In this document: positions 10,823 through 23,773 of the stretch, piece by piece | Layout of the letters: every line of letters begins with the position of its first letter | Position numbering within the stretch: position 1 is the stretch's first letter | From: Escherichia coli | Lineage (GTDB): Bacteria; Pseudomonadota; Gammaproteobacteria; Enterobacterales; Enterobacteriaceae | Length of the DNA: 64,000 bases | Assembly (NCBI RefSeq): GCF_044324785.1 | Contig: NZ_CP172127.1 | Strand: one strand, 5' to 3' | The notes under the pieces: generated by a model | Database searches by the model: none | Told to the model about the DNA's origin: nothing | The model's input: the letters and a program-made list of their open reading frames with translations, nothing else | Program-made: the position numbers and the translations under genes

Positions 10823-13800
10823 TTAACCGCTAATCTGCTCCATCGCCTGCAAAATACGCTTATCTGAAATCGGATAAGGCGTACCAAGTTGTTGAGCGAA
10901 GTAACTAACGCGCAACTCTTCTATCATCCAACGGATCTCTTTCACGTCTTCATCCTCACGACGTGCGGGCGGCAGTTTGTTGATCCATTGCTGCCACGCC
11001 TGCTGGACGTTTTCGACTTTCAGCATCTGAGCACGGTCGCGATGCGGATCAACCGCCAGTTTTTCCAGCCGTTTTTCAATCGCCTGCAAATATCGCAGCG
11101 TGTCGCCCAGCCGTTTAAAACCGTTGCCAGTGACAAAACCGCGATACACCAGCCCGCCCATCTGCGCTTTAATGTCAGAAAGCCCCAGCGCCATGGTCAT
11201 ATCCACCCGCCCTTTCAGGCGTTTGTTGATATTGAACACTGCCGTAAGGATTTGCTCGACCTGCTTTGCAATATCCACCACCGTGTCGTTCAGTTCAGCG
11301 CGAACTTTTTCATGCAGCGCAGCAAAGCCTTCTTCCGTCCAGACCGGGCCACCATTGGCGTCGATCAGTTGATCCACACCGCAGGAGATACAGTCGTCGA
11401 TCAGCTCCAGCACTTTGCCATACGGGTTAAAGTACAGCCCAAGTTTGGCTTTGTTTGGCAACTTCTCATGCAAGTATTTGATTGGTGAAGGAATATTCAG
11501 CAGCAGTAAACGACGAAGACCGTTCCACATCGCTTGCTTTTGTTCCAGCGGGTTATCAAACAGTTTGATCGCCACGCTGTCGCGCTCATCCACCAACGCT
11601 GGCCACGCCTTCACTTTGTAGTTGCCACGCTTCTGTTCGTAGCTTTCCGGCAGCTGACCAAAACTCCAGATATGTAAGCCGCTCTGCTCGATACCGTCAT
11701 CCGCCACCGCAGACAGCGTTTCCTGCACTTTGCCTTTCAGAGCATCTTTCAGATCCTGTAATGAGCGCCCTTCTTTTAACTTCTTGTTTTTGTCATCCAC
11801 CACACGGAAGGTGATTTTCAGGTGATCGGGCACCTGATCCCAGTGCCAGTCTTCGCGGTCAACGGTGACGCCAGTCATCCGCCGTAGCTCTCGTTCAAGA
11901 CTGTCGAGCAACGGCAATTCCAGCGGTGTGACGCGGCCTAGAAACGCTTCGGCGTAGTTTGGCGCGGGCACAAAATTACGGCGTACTGGTTTCGGCAACG
12001 ATTTAATCAGTGCGATGATCAGTTCACGACGCAGGCCGGGGATCTGCCACTCAAACCCGTTCTCCTCAACCTGATTAAGCAGCGGCAGCGGGATATGCAC
12101 AGTCACACCGTCAGCATCCGCGCCGGGCTCAAACTGATAACTCAAACGCAGCTTGAGATTGCCCTGATGCCAGAAGTTCGGGTAATCCAGCTTGCTGATC
12201 TTTTCCGCCCCTTCTTTGATCAACATGCTCTTTTCAAAGTTGAGCAAATCAGGCGTTTCGCGGCTGACTTTTTTCCACCAGCTGTCGAAGTGACGTGCGG
12301 AGATCACATCGTGGCTGATGCGCTGGTCGTAAAACTCAAACAGCGTTTCGTCATCCACCAGAATATCGCGGCGACGTGTTTTGTGTTCCAGTTCTTCCAC
12401 TTCGGCCCGTAGTTTCAGGTTTTCACGGAAGAATGCGTGACGCGTCTGCCAGTCACCTTCCACCAGCGCATGGCGAATAAAGAGTTCACGGCATAACGCC
12501 GGATCGATCTGGCTGTAGTTGACCTTACGCGCGGCAACAATCGGCAACCCGTAAACAGTGACTTTTTCCGTTGCCATCACCGCGCCCTGCGCCCGTTCCC
12601 AGTGTGGTTCGCTGTAGGTGCGTTTAATTAAATGCTGAGCAACTGGCTCCACCCATTCTGGATCGATGCGTGCCGCAATGCGCCCCCACAGGCGGCTGGT
12701 TTCTACCAGTTCCGCCACCATTACCCATTTCGGCGGTTTTTTAAATAAGCCGGAACCGGGGAAAATGGAGAAACGCGCGTTACGTGCGCCGGTATATTCT
12801 TGTTTATCGGCATCTTTCATGCCGATATGGGAAAGTAAACCCGTCAGCAACGCAATATGAATTTCACGATACTCCGCCGGTTCGCTGTTAACCGGAATGC
12901 CAAGTTCTTTCACCACCTGGCGCAACTGGGTGTAGATATCCTGCCATTCGCGCACGCGCAGATAGTTGAGATAATCGGTACGACACAGGCGACGGAAGGC
13001 GTTTGAAGAAAGCGCCTTTTGCTGCTCGCCAAGATAATTCCACAGATTTACAAACGCGAGGAAGTCGGATTCTTTGTCGTGGAAGCGACGATGTTTTTCG
13101 TCCGATGCCTGCTGTTTGTCCATCGGTCGTTCGCGCGGATCCTGGATGGAGAGCGCGGACGTGATAATCATCGCCTCACGCACGCAGCCATGTTTTTGCG
13201 CTTCCAGCACCATACGCGCCAGACGAGGATCGACAGGCAACTGCGAGAGCTGGCGACCGAGCGGCGTCAGTTTATAGGCGCTGGCCTGTTCATCCGTGGT
13301 GATCGCGCCCAGCTCTTCGAGCAGACGCACGCCATCCTGGATATTACGTTTATCCGGTGCTTCGACAAATGGGAACGCGGCGATATCGCCCAACCCCAGC
13401 GCGGTCATCTGTAAAATAACCGAGGCCAGGTTGGTACGCAGAATCTCCGGATCGGTAAACTCCGGGCGCGAGAGGAAATCGTCTTCGGAATAGAGACGAA
13501 TACAGATCCCTTCGGACACACGACCACAGCGGCCTTTACGCTGGTTGGCAGACGCCTGCGAAATGGGCTCAATCGGCAAACGCTGCACTTTGGTGCGATA
13601 GCTGTAGCGGCTGATACGCGCCGTACCTGGGTCGATAACGTATTTAATCCCCGGTACGGTCAGCGACGTTTCCGCGACGTTGGTCGCCAGCACAATGCGC
13701 CGTCCACTGTGCGACTGGAACACGCGGTTCTGTTCGCTGTTCGAAAGCCGCGCATAAAGCGGCAAGATTTCGGTATGGCGTAAGTTCAGCTTGTTCAGCG

Positions 13801-14725
13801 CATCGGCGGTATCGCGAATTTCCCGCTCACCGCTCATAAAGATCAGAATGTCGCCGGGACTTTCCTGGCTCAGTTCGTCTACGGCGTCAAAAATCGCCTG
13901 CAACTGATCGCGCTCGGTGTCATCGGCTTCTTCAACAATCGGGCGATAGCGCACTTCCACCGGATAGGTCCGACCGGAGACTTCGATAATCGGCGCATTA
14001 TTAAAGTGGCGCGAAAAGCGTTCCGGGTCGATAGTCGCGGAAGTGATAATGATTTTTAGGTCAGGACGCCGCGGCAGCAACTCTTTCAAATAGCCGAGCA
14101 GAAAATCGATATTCAGGCTGCGTTCGTGCGCTTCGTCAATAATGATAGTGTCGTACTGCATCAGCAGGCGGTCTTGCTGGATCTCCGCCAGCAGGATACC
14201 GTCGGTCATCAGCTTGACCATCGTGTTATCACTTACGTGATCGCTGAAACGCACTTTGTAACCGATGCAACCGCCCGGCTCAGTTTTCAGCTCTTCCGCA
14301 ATACGGTTGGCCACCGTTCGTGCCGCCAGACGACGCGGCTGGGTATGGCCGATCAGCCCTTTAATCCCGCGGCCCAACTCCATACAGATTTTCGGTAGCT
14401 GAGTCGTTTTACCGGAACCCGTTTCCCCGGCGACGATCACTACCTGGTGATCACGAATTGCTTCGAGAATGTCCTGCTTTTTCTGACTAACCGGCAAATT
14501 GTCAGGATAAGTGATTTCCGGTCGTGCCGCTTCACGCAGCAGGACTTTCCCTGCCGCATGGTCAATCTCTTTCGCCATCTCCTGGAAAATGGCCTGTTGT
14601 GCATCAGGATTTTTAACCTTCTTCACGCCGTGCAGACGGCGAGAAAAACGCAGTCTGTCGCGCAGCATCAGCGAATCCAGCCGCTGCTGCAAGGCCGTAA
14701 AGGTCAATTTTTGTTGTTCTGTCAT
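10823..14725 (-). CDS. hrpA: ATP-dependent RNA helicase HrpA (DEAH-box)
   Basis: 1300-aa ORF with Walker A GETGSGKTTQLPK, DEAH (IIDEAHERS) and HA2/OB regions; synteny. Confidence 0.95.
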   Translation of the reverse strand: MTEQQKLTFTALQQRLDSLMLRDRLRFSRRLHGVKKVKNPDAQQAIFQEMAKEIDHAAGKVLLREAARPEITYPDNLPVSQKKQDILEAIRDHQVVIVAGETGSGKTTQLPKICMELGRGIKGLIGHTQPRRLAARTVANRIAEELKTEPGGCIGYKVRFSDHVSDNTMVKLMTDGILLAEIQQDRLLMQYDTIIIDEAHERSLNIDFLLGYLKELLPRRPDLKIIITSATIDPERFSRHFNNAPIIEVSGRTYPVEVRYRPIVEEADDTERDQLQAIFDAVDELSQESPGDILIFMSGEREIRDTADALNKLNLRHTEILPLYARLSNSEQNRVFQSHSGRRIVLATNVAETSLTVPGIKYVIDPGTARISRYSYRTKVQRLPIEPISQASANQRKGRCGRVSEGICIRLYSEDDFLSRPEFTDPEILRTNLASVILQMTALGLGDIAAFPFVEAPDKRNIQDGVRLLEELGAITTDEQASAYKLTPLGRQLSQLPVDPRLARMVLEAQKHGCVREAMIITSALSIQDPRERPMDKQQASDEKHRRFHDKESDFLAFVNLWNYLGEQQKALSSNAFRRLCRTDYLNYLRVREWQDIYTQLRQVVKELGIPVNSEPAEYREIHIALLTGLLSHIGMKDADKQEYTGARNARFSIFPGSGLFKKPPKWVMVAELVETSRLWGRIAARIDPEWVEPVAQHLIKRTYSEPHWERAQGAVMATEKVTVYGLPIVAARKVNYSQIDPALCRELFIRHALVEGDWQTRHAFFRENLKLRAEVEELEHKTRRRDILVDDETLFEFYDQRISHDVISARHFDSWWKKVSRETPDLLNFEKSMLIKEGAEKISKLDYPNFWHQGNLKLRLSYQFEPGADADGVTVHIPLPLLNQVEENGFEWQIPGLRRELIIALIKSLPKPVRRNFVPAPNYAEAFLGRVTPLELPLLDSLERELRRMTGVTVDREDWHWDQVPDHLKITFRVVDDKNKKLKEGRSLQDLKDALKGKVQETLSAVADDGIEQSGLHIWSFGQLPESYEQKRGNYKVKAWPALVDERDSVAIKLFDNPLEQKQAMWNGLRRLLLLNIPSPIKYLHEKLPNKAKLGLYFNPYGKVLELIDDCISCGVDQLIDANGGPVWTEEGFAALHEKVRAELNDTVVDIAKQVEQILTAVFNINKRLKGRVDMTMALGLSDIKAQMGGLVYRGFVTGNGFKRLGDTLRYLQAIEKRLEKLAVDPHRDRAQMLKVENVQQAWQQWINKLPPARREDEDVKEIRWMIEELRVSYFAQQLGTPYPISDKRILQAMEQISG

Positions 14726-14916
14726 AACGTTAGTGGGCAGTAGGCTGCCTGATTAATTTTCTTTTAAATGATAGATATAGAGTACCACATCGCGGCTTTC
14801 TATGCGTTGTTCAATAAATTCGAACATAGGCTTCGATTTATTGCGCTATCTCTGTGGCAGGATTGTGAATAAAGTGTCAACAAGCAACGGGGCATCGCCC
14901 ATTCAAACATCTATAA

Positions 14917-15531
<615 letters not shown>

Positions 15532-15584
15532 CCGGACACGGTCTTGATGTGGACTGTAGATATTCAGTCCACATCTCAATCCAC

Positions 15585-18648
<3,064 letters not shown>

Positions 18649-18663
18649 TTACTCTATTTTCCT

Positions 18664-19560
18664 TCAGTAACAGCAGTAGCGAATAAAATAAAAAAATACC
18701 GGAGCGGTGAAAATTAATGAGTCAATCCTGTCAAGGAGTCCGCCATGTCCTGGTAATAGTTTTCCGCTATCTTTAACACCAACATCTCGTTTGATGGCTG
18801 ACATCACTACATCGCCGCAAAAACCACTAATACCAATTAACAAACCCGCTAATAATGCCTGTAATGTATCTAGCGGTGTCAGCAACGGTCCAATAATCAG
18901 TGACGCAATCATGGTGGTGATTACGCCGCCCATCAGACCTTCCAATGTTTTTCCCGGGCTGACTTTAGGGACCACTTTTCTTCTGCCGCAGGATTTTCCC
19001 CATAAATACTGTGCAATATCGTTTGACTCGGTTAATGCCAAAAGAAATAACACCAGTAACGCCCCGCCCTGGATATTTGTGGTTGGCAACATTAATAACC
19101 AGGCGGCATGACTCAAGGTGAAAACGGTCATTATCCAGCCACAAAAAATGGCACTCACGGTATGCAGAAAACCAGAGGGGTCACCCACTAAAACTCGCCA
19201 GGTGGCTAATATCAGAAACCCAGCCAAAGGTATAAATAACAGAAACAGCTCAAAGCAATTAAAACCGATAAGCAAATAGTTAAGAGGAATACCCCAATAT
19301 AACCAACGCGGAAAATGTACAGATATAAGCGTACAATATTCTTTCAATGCCAGAAAACTTATCAGCGCAAAAAACGTCAATGTCATCCAGCGTGGACCTG
19401 AAATCACCATTGAAAAACAAATGACGATGCCCCACCAGGTACGAATACGTAATGTAACTTCATCCCCTTTTCTCTCCGGTAACCGCCATACTAGAAAACG
19501 GTTTATCAGCGTTGCTAAAATTAACAACGCGAAAAGTGTTGCCAGAGATTTTTCCAGCAT
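18664..19560 (-). CDS. ynbB: CDP-diglyceride synthetase (CdsA)-like phosphatidate cytidylyltransferase paralog
   Basis: 298-aa polytopic ORF with CdsA signature SAIKRDVGVKDSGKLLPGHGGLLDRIDS; start codon overlaps ynbA stop (TAATG). Confidence 0.85.
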   Translation of the reverse strand: MLEKSLATLFALLILATLINRFLVWRLPERKGDEVTLRIRTWWGIVICFSMVISGPRWMTLTFFALISFLALKEYCTLISVHFPRWLYWGIPLNYLLIGFNCFELFLLFIPLAGFLILATWRVLVGDPSGFLHTVSAIFCGWIMTVFTLSHAAWLLMLPTTNIQGGALLVLFLLALTESNDIAQYLWGKSCGRRKVVPKVSPGKTLEGLMGGVITTMIASLIIGPLLTPLDTLQALLAGLLIGISGFCGDVVMSAIKRDVGVKDSGKLLPGHGGLLDRIDSLIFTAPVFFYFIRYCCY

Positions 19561-20165
19561 TATCTTTCAGCGCTCATAAGAAGCACACTCCGACAACGAT
19601 TAATCGCAGTCCAGAGAAGCAGAATTGAAGCAATGCTCCATAAAAGATTATTCCATTGCATCCATTGTGGATAAATGGCAATGGCCAGCCCCCACAGACC
19701 AAATATTAACGCGCGATCGCTTTTGCCAAATGGACCGACATAACTACAAATACCGTTAATCGTCTGCGCGAGTAAACCGCAAAACTCGGTCAATATGGTG
19801 CAAAATAACATGAGTATCACGAGTGATGCATTACTTTCAGGTAAAAATAAAAACGGTAAATAGAGCGCAATATCGGAAATAACATCGCCAGTCTCATTCA
19901 AAATCGCCCCAAGACGTGTTTGCTGATTGCACTCGCGCGCCAACATGCCATCCAGCGCATTGAGTGCCATACGAATAAAAAGCACGATGGGCAATAGCAA
20001 AAAGAGGATGGGTTGTGCGACCAACATCAACAGCAATCCGGTAAAAAGAGAAAGCGCCAGTGCAGCAAGAGTGATGTGATTCGCTGTAACATGGTGCTTA
20101 TAAAGCCAAAACATCGTCGGCCTTAACAGCGACTGAAAGAGCGGTTTTATCTGGTAGAGCGTCAT
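19560..20165 (-). CDS. ynbA: CDP-alcohol phosphatidyltransferase family protein
   Basis: 201-aa polytopic ORF (start MTLYQIK) with DG..AR...GD...D-like motif (LDGMLARECNQQTRLGAILNETGDVISD). Confidence 0.8.
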   Translation of the reverse strand: MTLYQIKPLFQSLLRPTMFWLYKHHVTANHITLAALALSLFTGLLLMLVAQPILFLLLPIVLFIRMALNALDGMLARECNQQTRLGAILNETGDVISDIALYLPFLFLPESNASLVILMLFCTILTEFCGLLAQTINGICSYVGPFGKSDRALIFGLWGLAIAIYPQWMQWNNLLWSIASILLLWTAINRCRSVLLMSAER

Positions 20166-20335
20166 TATCAATCCTTGATAATTCTGTTTGCGCTATGGTG
20201 CATCAATTCCCCTGACGGAGATATCGCAACACGCCGCTTCATTAAAAATTCAGAATATATCAAGGTATTGGGGACTCACCGTCAGGAATGCTTATCCCCA
20301 ATAAATCAAGTGGTTAAAAATTATTACGCTGTTAT

Positions 20336-22642
20336 TCAATACAACTCATCAAGTTTTCTCATCGCTTGTTCCCGTATTGCGCGCGTCTTACCGTTAAGCG
20401 CCAGCTGCCGAACTAAATCCAGTTCAGGGTTAACAAGCTCTAACGCCAGCAAAGGATCACGTTTCAGCCTCGCCTTTAATACATCAACTGGAAAACGGGG
20501 ATTATTCATCGCCACAATCCACCACTCGGGATCAATTTCTGCCGCCAGTACTGCAGGCGGTGTGTGGCGGTTGTTAAGTGCGCCGAACTTGAAAAATGTG
20601 AGATTGCTTTTCGCCAGTGTACTCCACCATATACGATCCGGTTGTTTTGCCAGTACATCCAGTTGTGCTAACGCATCGGGGTCTAGTGCATAATAAACAC
20701 GTAACGCTTCGTTAACCTGCGCACGGGAACTGTTTTCCTGCCTCAGAAAAAACTTCGCCCAAATATCATTGCGTGGCATATTTTGCTGTAATTCCTTGAG
20801 GACAACAGCGGGTAAATTATCCCAACTAACTAATGCACTCTCTAAAAAGTCCCAGCCTTCCGAACGTATCAGAGAGGTGGCATTTAATAGCATCTGGTCA
20901 TCAACTTCACCGTGGCTAATCAGCTCAGACAAAATCATATCAGCGCTGGTTTCATATGCATCTGAATCTGCTTTCGGATTATTTTTTCGATGCGATAAAG
21001 CGCGATGCCAAATTTTTTGTTTCATCGCCGTACTCAGATACTGATTTTTCGCCAGATTACTCCACCCCGCAGGATCGTTGAAACGTGTCAATAACCGTTG
21101 TAAAGCAGCGTCAGAGTGAATTACCTGCATATCCCCACAGCAAAAATAGGCAGGAAATTTTTTCTCCATCTTTTTAACAAAATTAAACTGTAAGTTATCT
21201 GGCAATGCTAAAAATAACACACGTATTAGATCATCGTCATTCTCGAATTTTTGGTGTAAATATACTGCTATTTTGTCACTCTCTTGTGGCGTCATCCGCA
21301 ACAATTGACCATGGTGTTTCATCTCTGCCAGCTTTGACGCTAAGCTTGTGACAACATCGTTTGATGAATCGTTCGCCAACTGCATTGCCTGATTGTAGGT
21401 GAGTTGTCCTCCAGCACCGACCTGACGAATAGAGAAATCATCACTGCGGATATAGCCATCAATAATGGATTCGGGCAATAACCACGCATCTTTATAAAGC
21501 TCCTGAATGATCATACCCCAATCTCTTTTCGCCAGAGTCATGACGATATCCAGAGGGAGATTTTCACGTAGCGCAAGATTCAACGGACCGACACCATCAG
21601 GTAGATGACTAATTCGCGTCATTATTTCGACAGAGAGCGGTTCACGGTCGAGCAACCCCAGAACAACAGGCTGGTAACCCAATTGCTGATCGGTCAACTC
21701 CAGAATCTCATTGTCAGGCATATATCTCGCCATACTTGCAATCGTTTGTCCATCATTGCTATTAATAAGTTGTTTGCGTAGGTTAGCTGAAATTCCTTTA
21801 AGCCTTGGGAGAGTTCGCATTATGGCAAGATCAAATGTCGCAATGTCTCGTCCTTCAAATGCAGCAACTTTGCCTTCATCCAGCATTTGTAATTCCTGCA
21901 CTAATTCAGGTGAAGGCTTAGGGCGAAACAGCGCTTCTTTTTTCATCTGATTACAGACATTCCCTGCTATGCGAATATTGCTTCGCTTAAAAATTTCTTT
22001 CAGAGCATCTTCATCATTTATTAGCCCCCAATAATATGCATCAGGATTTATTATCATCAGCGCTTTTTTGACATTTTCAGTGTCATTTTTGTCACTCGCA
22101 CGGACCATGAATTCACTATTTGTCGAAGACGCAACAACAGGTGCAATTATGTCATTGATAAATATCCCACGCGCATTAATACTCCCCTTAATCGTAGACG
22201 GATTATCGTAATATGAGTCGATAAATACCAGTCCACTTGCATTTATCGAACCGGTAATTAACAGTGGTGAATCCGTAACTATATTCGTTGCCGTCACGTT
22301 ACCGAGAATAACCCATGGATTAGAAAGAGAGAAAGTGGAAATATTACCTTTGACTGTCAAATTGCCAAGAACAATCAATTTTTGATTACTCTCTATATTA
22401 CCTTCTACCACTAAATCGCCACGATGCACTTTCCAGTCCGATGCAGATAAACCGAAGGGGACAAGATTCACGCTACTGTTGATAGCTTGTTCAACTTGTT
22501 GTTTATCTTCAGCGGTAGCCGCAGAAAAAAATGGTTCAATATCAACTGCATTTGCAACACATCGAAGTTCCGCCTGTACTGGAAGACTCAGCATAAACAG
22601 GGGAAGTAAACCTATCCAGCTGCAAATCCTGGGCTTAAACAT
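20336..22642 (-). CDS. ydbD: large secreted protein YdbD
   Basis: 768-770 aa ORF with signal peptide (MFKPRICSWIGLLPLFMLSLPVQA); AT-rich; start ambiguous by 2 codons; synteny. Confidence 0.8.
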   Translation of the reverse strand: MFKPRICSWIGLLPLFMLSLPVQAELRCVANAVDIEPFFSAATAEDKQQVEQAINSSVNLVPFGLSASDWKVHRGDLVVEGNIESNQKLIVLGNLTVKGNISTFSLSNPWVILGNVTATNIVTDSPLLITGSINASGLVFIDSYYDNPSTIKGSINARGIFINDIIAPVVASSTNSEFMVRASDKNDTENVKKALMIINPDAYYWGLINDEDALKEIFKRSNIRIAGNVCNQMKKEALFRPKPSPELVQELQMLDEGKVAAFEGRDIATFDLAIMRTLPRLKGISANLRKQLINSNDGQTIASMARYMPDNEILELTDQQLGYQPVVLGLLDREPLSVEIMTRISHLPDGVGPLNLALRENLPLDIVMTLAKRDWGMIIQELYKDAWLLPESIIDGYIRSDDFSIRQVGAGGQLTYNQAMQLANDSSNDVVTSLASKLAEMKHHGQLLRMTPQESDKIAVYLHQKFENDDDLIRVLFLALPDNLQFNFVKKMEKKFPAYFCCGDMQVIHSDAALQRLLTRFNDPAGWSNLAKNQYLSTAMKQKIWHRALSHRKNNPKADSDAYETSADMILSELISHGEVDDQMLLNATSLIRSEGWDFLESALVSWDNLPAVVLKELQQNMPRNDIWAKFFLRQENSSRAQVNEALRVYYALDPDALAQLDVLAKQPDRIWWSTLAKSNLTFFKFGALNNRHTPPAVLAAEIDPEWWIVAMNNPRFPVDVLKARLKRDPLLALELVNPELDLVRQLALNGKTRAIREQAMRKLDELY

Positions 22643-22705
22643 ATGCACTCCATGCCATTAAAAAAGAAACAAAAGGGAAATGCATCTTTCCCTTTTGTAT
22701 ATTCG

Positions 22706-23566
22706 TTATTCTCGCGAAATACCATCCAACGTAGACAACACTTCCTCAGAAAAATGCAATTTTTCAGCAGCCATATTCTCCCGTAAATGCGCAACAGAAG
22801 ATGTTCCAGGAATCAACAAAATATTCGGTGAACGTTGTAACAGCCACGCCAGCGCCACCTGCATTGGTGTTGCACCCAGGCTCGCTGCTACATCCGAAAG
22901 TGTGGAGGATTGCAGCGGCGTAAAGCCCCCAAGCGGGAAGAACGGCACGTAGGCAATGCCATCGCGGGCCAAATCATCAATCATTGCGTCATCAGCACGA
23001 TGAGCAATGTTGTATTCGTTCTGCACACAGACGATTTCGGTAATCTTACGCGCCTCTGCGACCTGCGTCGGTGTGACGTTGCTCAGGCCAATATGTTTTA
23101 CCAGGCCTTGTTGTTGCATCTCTGTCAGCACGGTCAGGCTGGCTTCAATCGATCCTTCCGCCGGGCCATGACCATCCCCCATCATGACGCGCAGGTTAAC
23201 CACATCCAGTACGTCCAGGCCGAGATTACGTAGATTATCGTGTACCGCTTTTTGCAGCTCTGCCGGAGAAAATGCGGGCAACCAGGAAGCATCCTCACCA
23301 CGCCGTGCACCAATTTTAGTGACAATTGTCAGGTCGTCAGAGTAAGGATGTAGCGCTTCGCGGATAATCTGATTGGTGACGTGCGGACCATAAAAGTCGC
23401 TGGTATCAATGTGATTGACGCCCAATGCCAGCGCCTCGCGCAGCACGGTTATAGCAACGTGGCGATCTCTTGGGGGGCCAAAAACCCCAGGGCCTGCCAG
23501 TTGCATCGCGCCATAACCAAGACGGTTAACGGATTTTGTACCGAGAGTAAATGTGTTGCTGCTCAT
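22706..23566 (-). CDS. pdxI: aldo-keto reductase (pyridoxine 4-dehydrogenase PdxI / YdbC)
   Basis: 286-aa AKR-family ORF; synteny between ydbA and ydbD. Confidence 0.8.
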   Translation of the reverse strand: MSSNTFTLGTKSVNRLGYGAMQLAGPGVFGPPRDRHVAITVLREALALGVNHIDTSDFYGPHVTNQIIREALHPYSDDLTIVTKIGARRGEDASWLPAFSPAELQKAVHDNLRNLGLDVLDVVNLRVMMGDGHGPAEGSIEASLTVLTEMQQQGLVKHIGLSNVTPTQVAEARKITEIVCVQNEYNIAHRADDAMIDDLARDGIAYVPFFPLGGFTPLQSSTLSDVAASLGATPMQVALAWLLQRSPNILLIPGTSSVAHLRENMAAEKLHFSEEVLSTLDGISRE

Positions 23567-23721
23567 CGCACCCTGCCCTGTAATAAAACGGATTAAGAAA
23601 AATCAGTATAGAAACGAAAAGAGATAAATAATGCGAAGGCGTAAACAAGATTACTGGATGAGTTGCTCTATTGTCCTTGAAGACACCAAAACAAAACGCC
23701 TAAAGCATCGCATCCGGCAAT

Positions 23722-23754
23722 AAAAAACCGCAACCTGTATCAGCATTGCGGTTT
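23722..23754 (-). terminator. rho-independent terminator of ydbA
   Basis: On the coding strand: stem ACCGCAA/TTGCGGT followed by TTTTTT, 20 nt past the ydbA stop. Confidence 0.7.
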
Positions 23755-23773
23755 AGGTATCACATGCTAAAAA

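Noticed and set aside
10889-11488. 199-aa ORF on the plus strand, plus other 60-130 aa plus-strand ORFs between 11100 and 14756
   Set aside because: All lie antisense inside hrpA, whose helicase motifs identify the true frame
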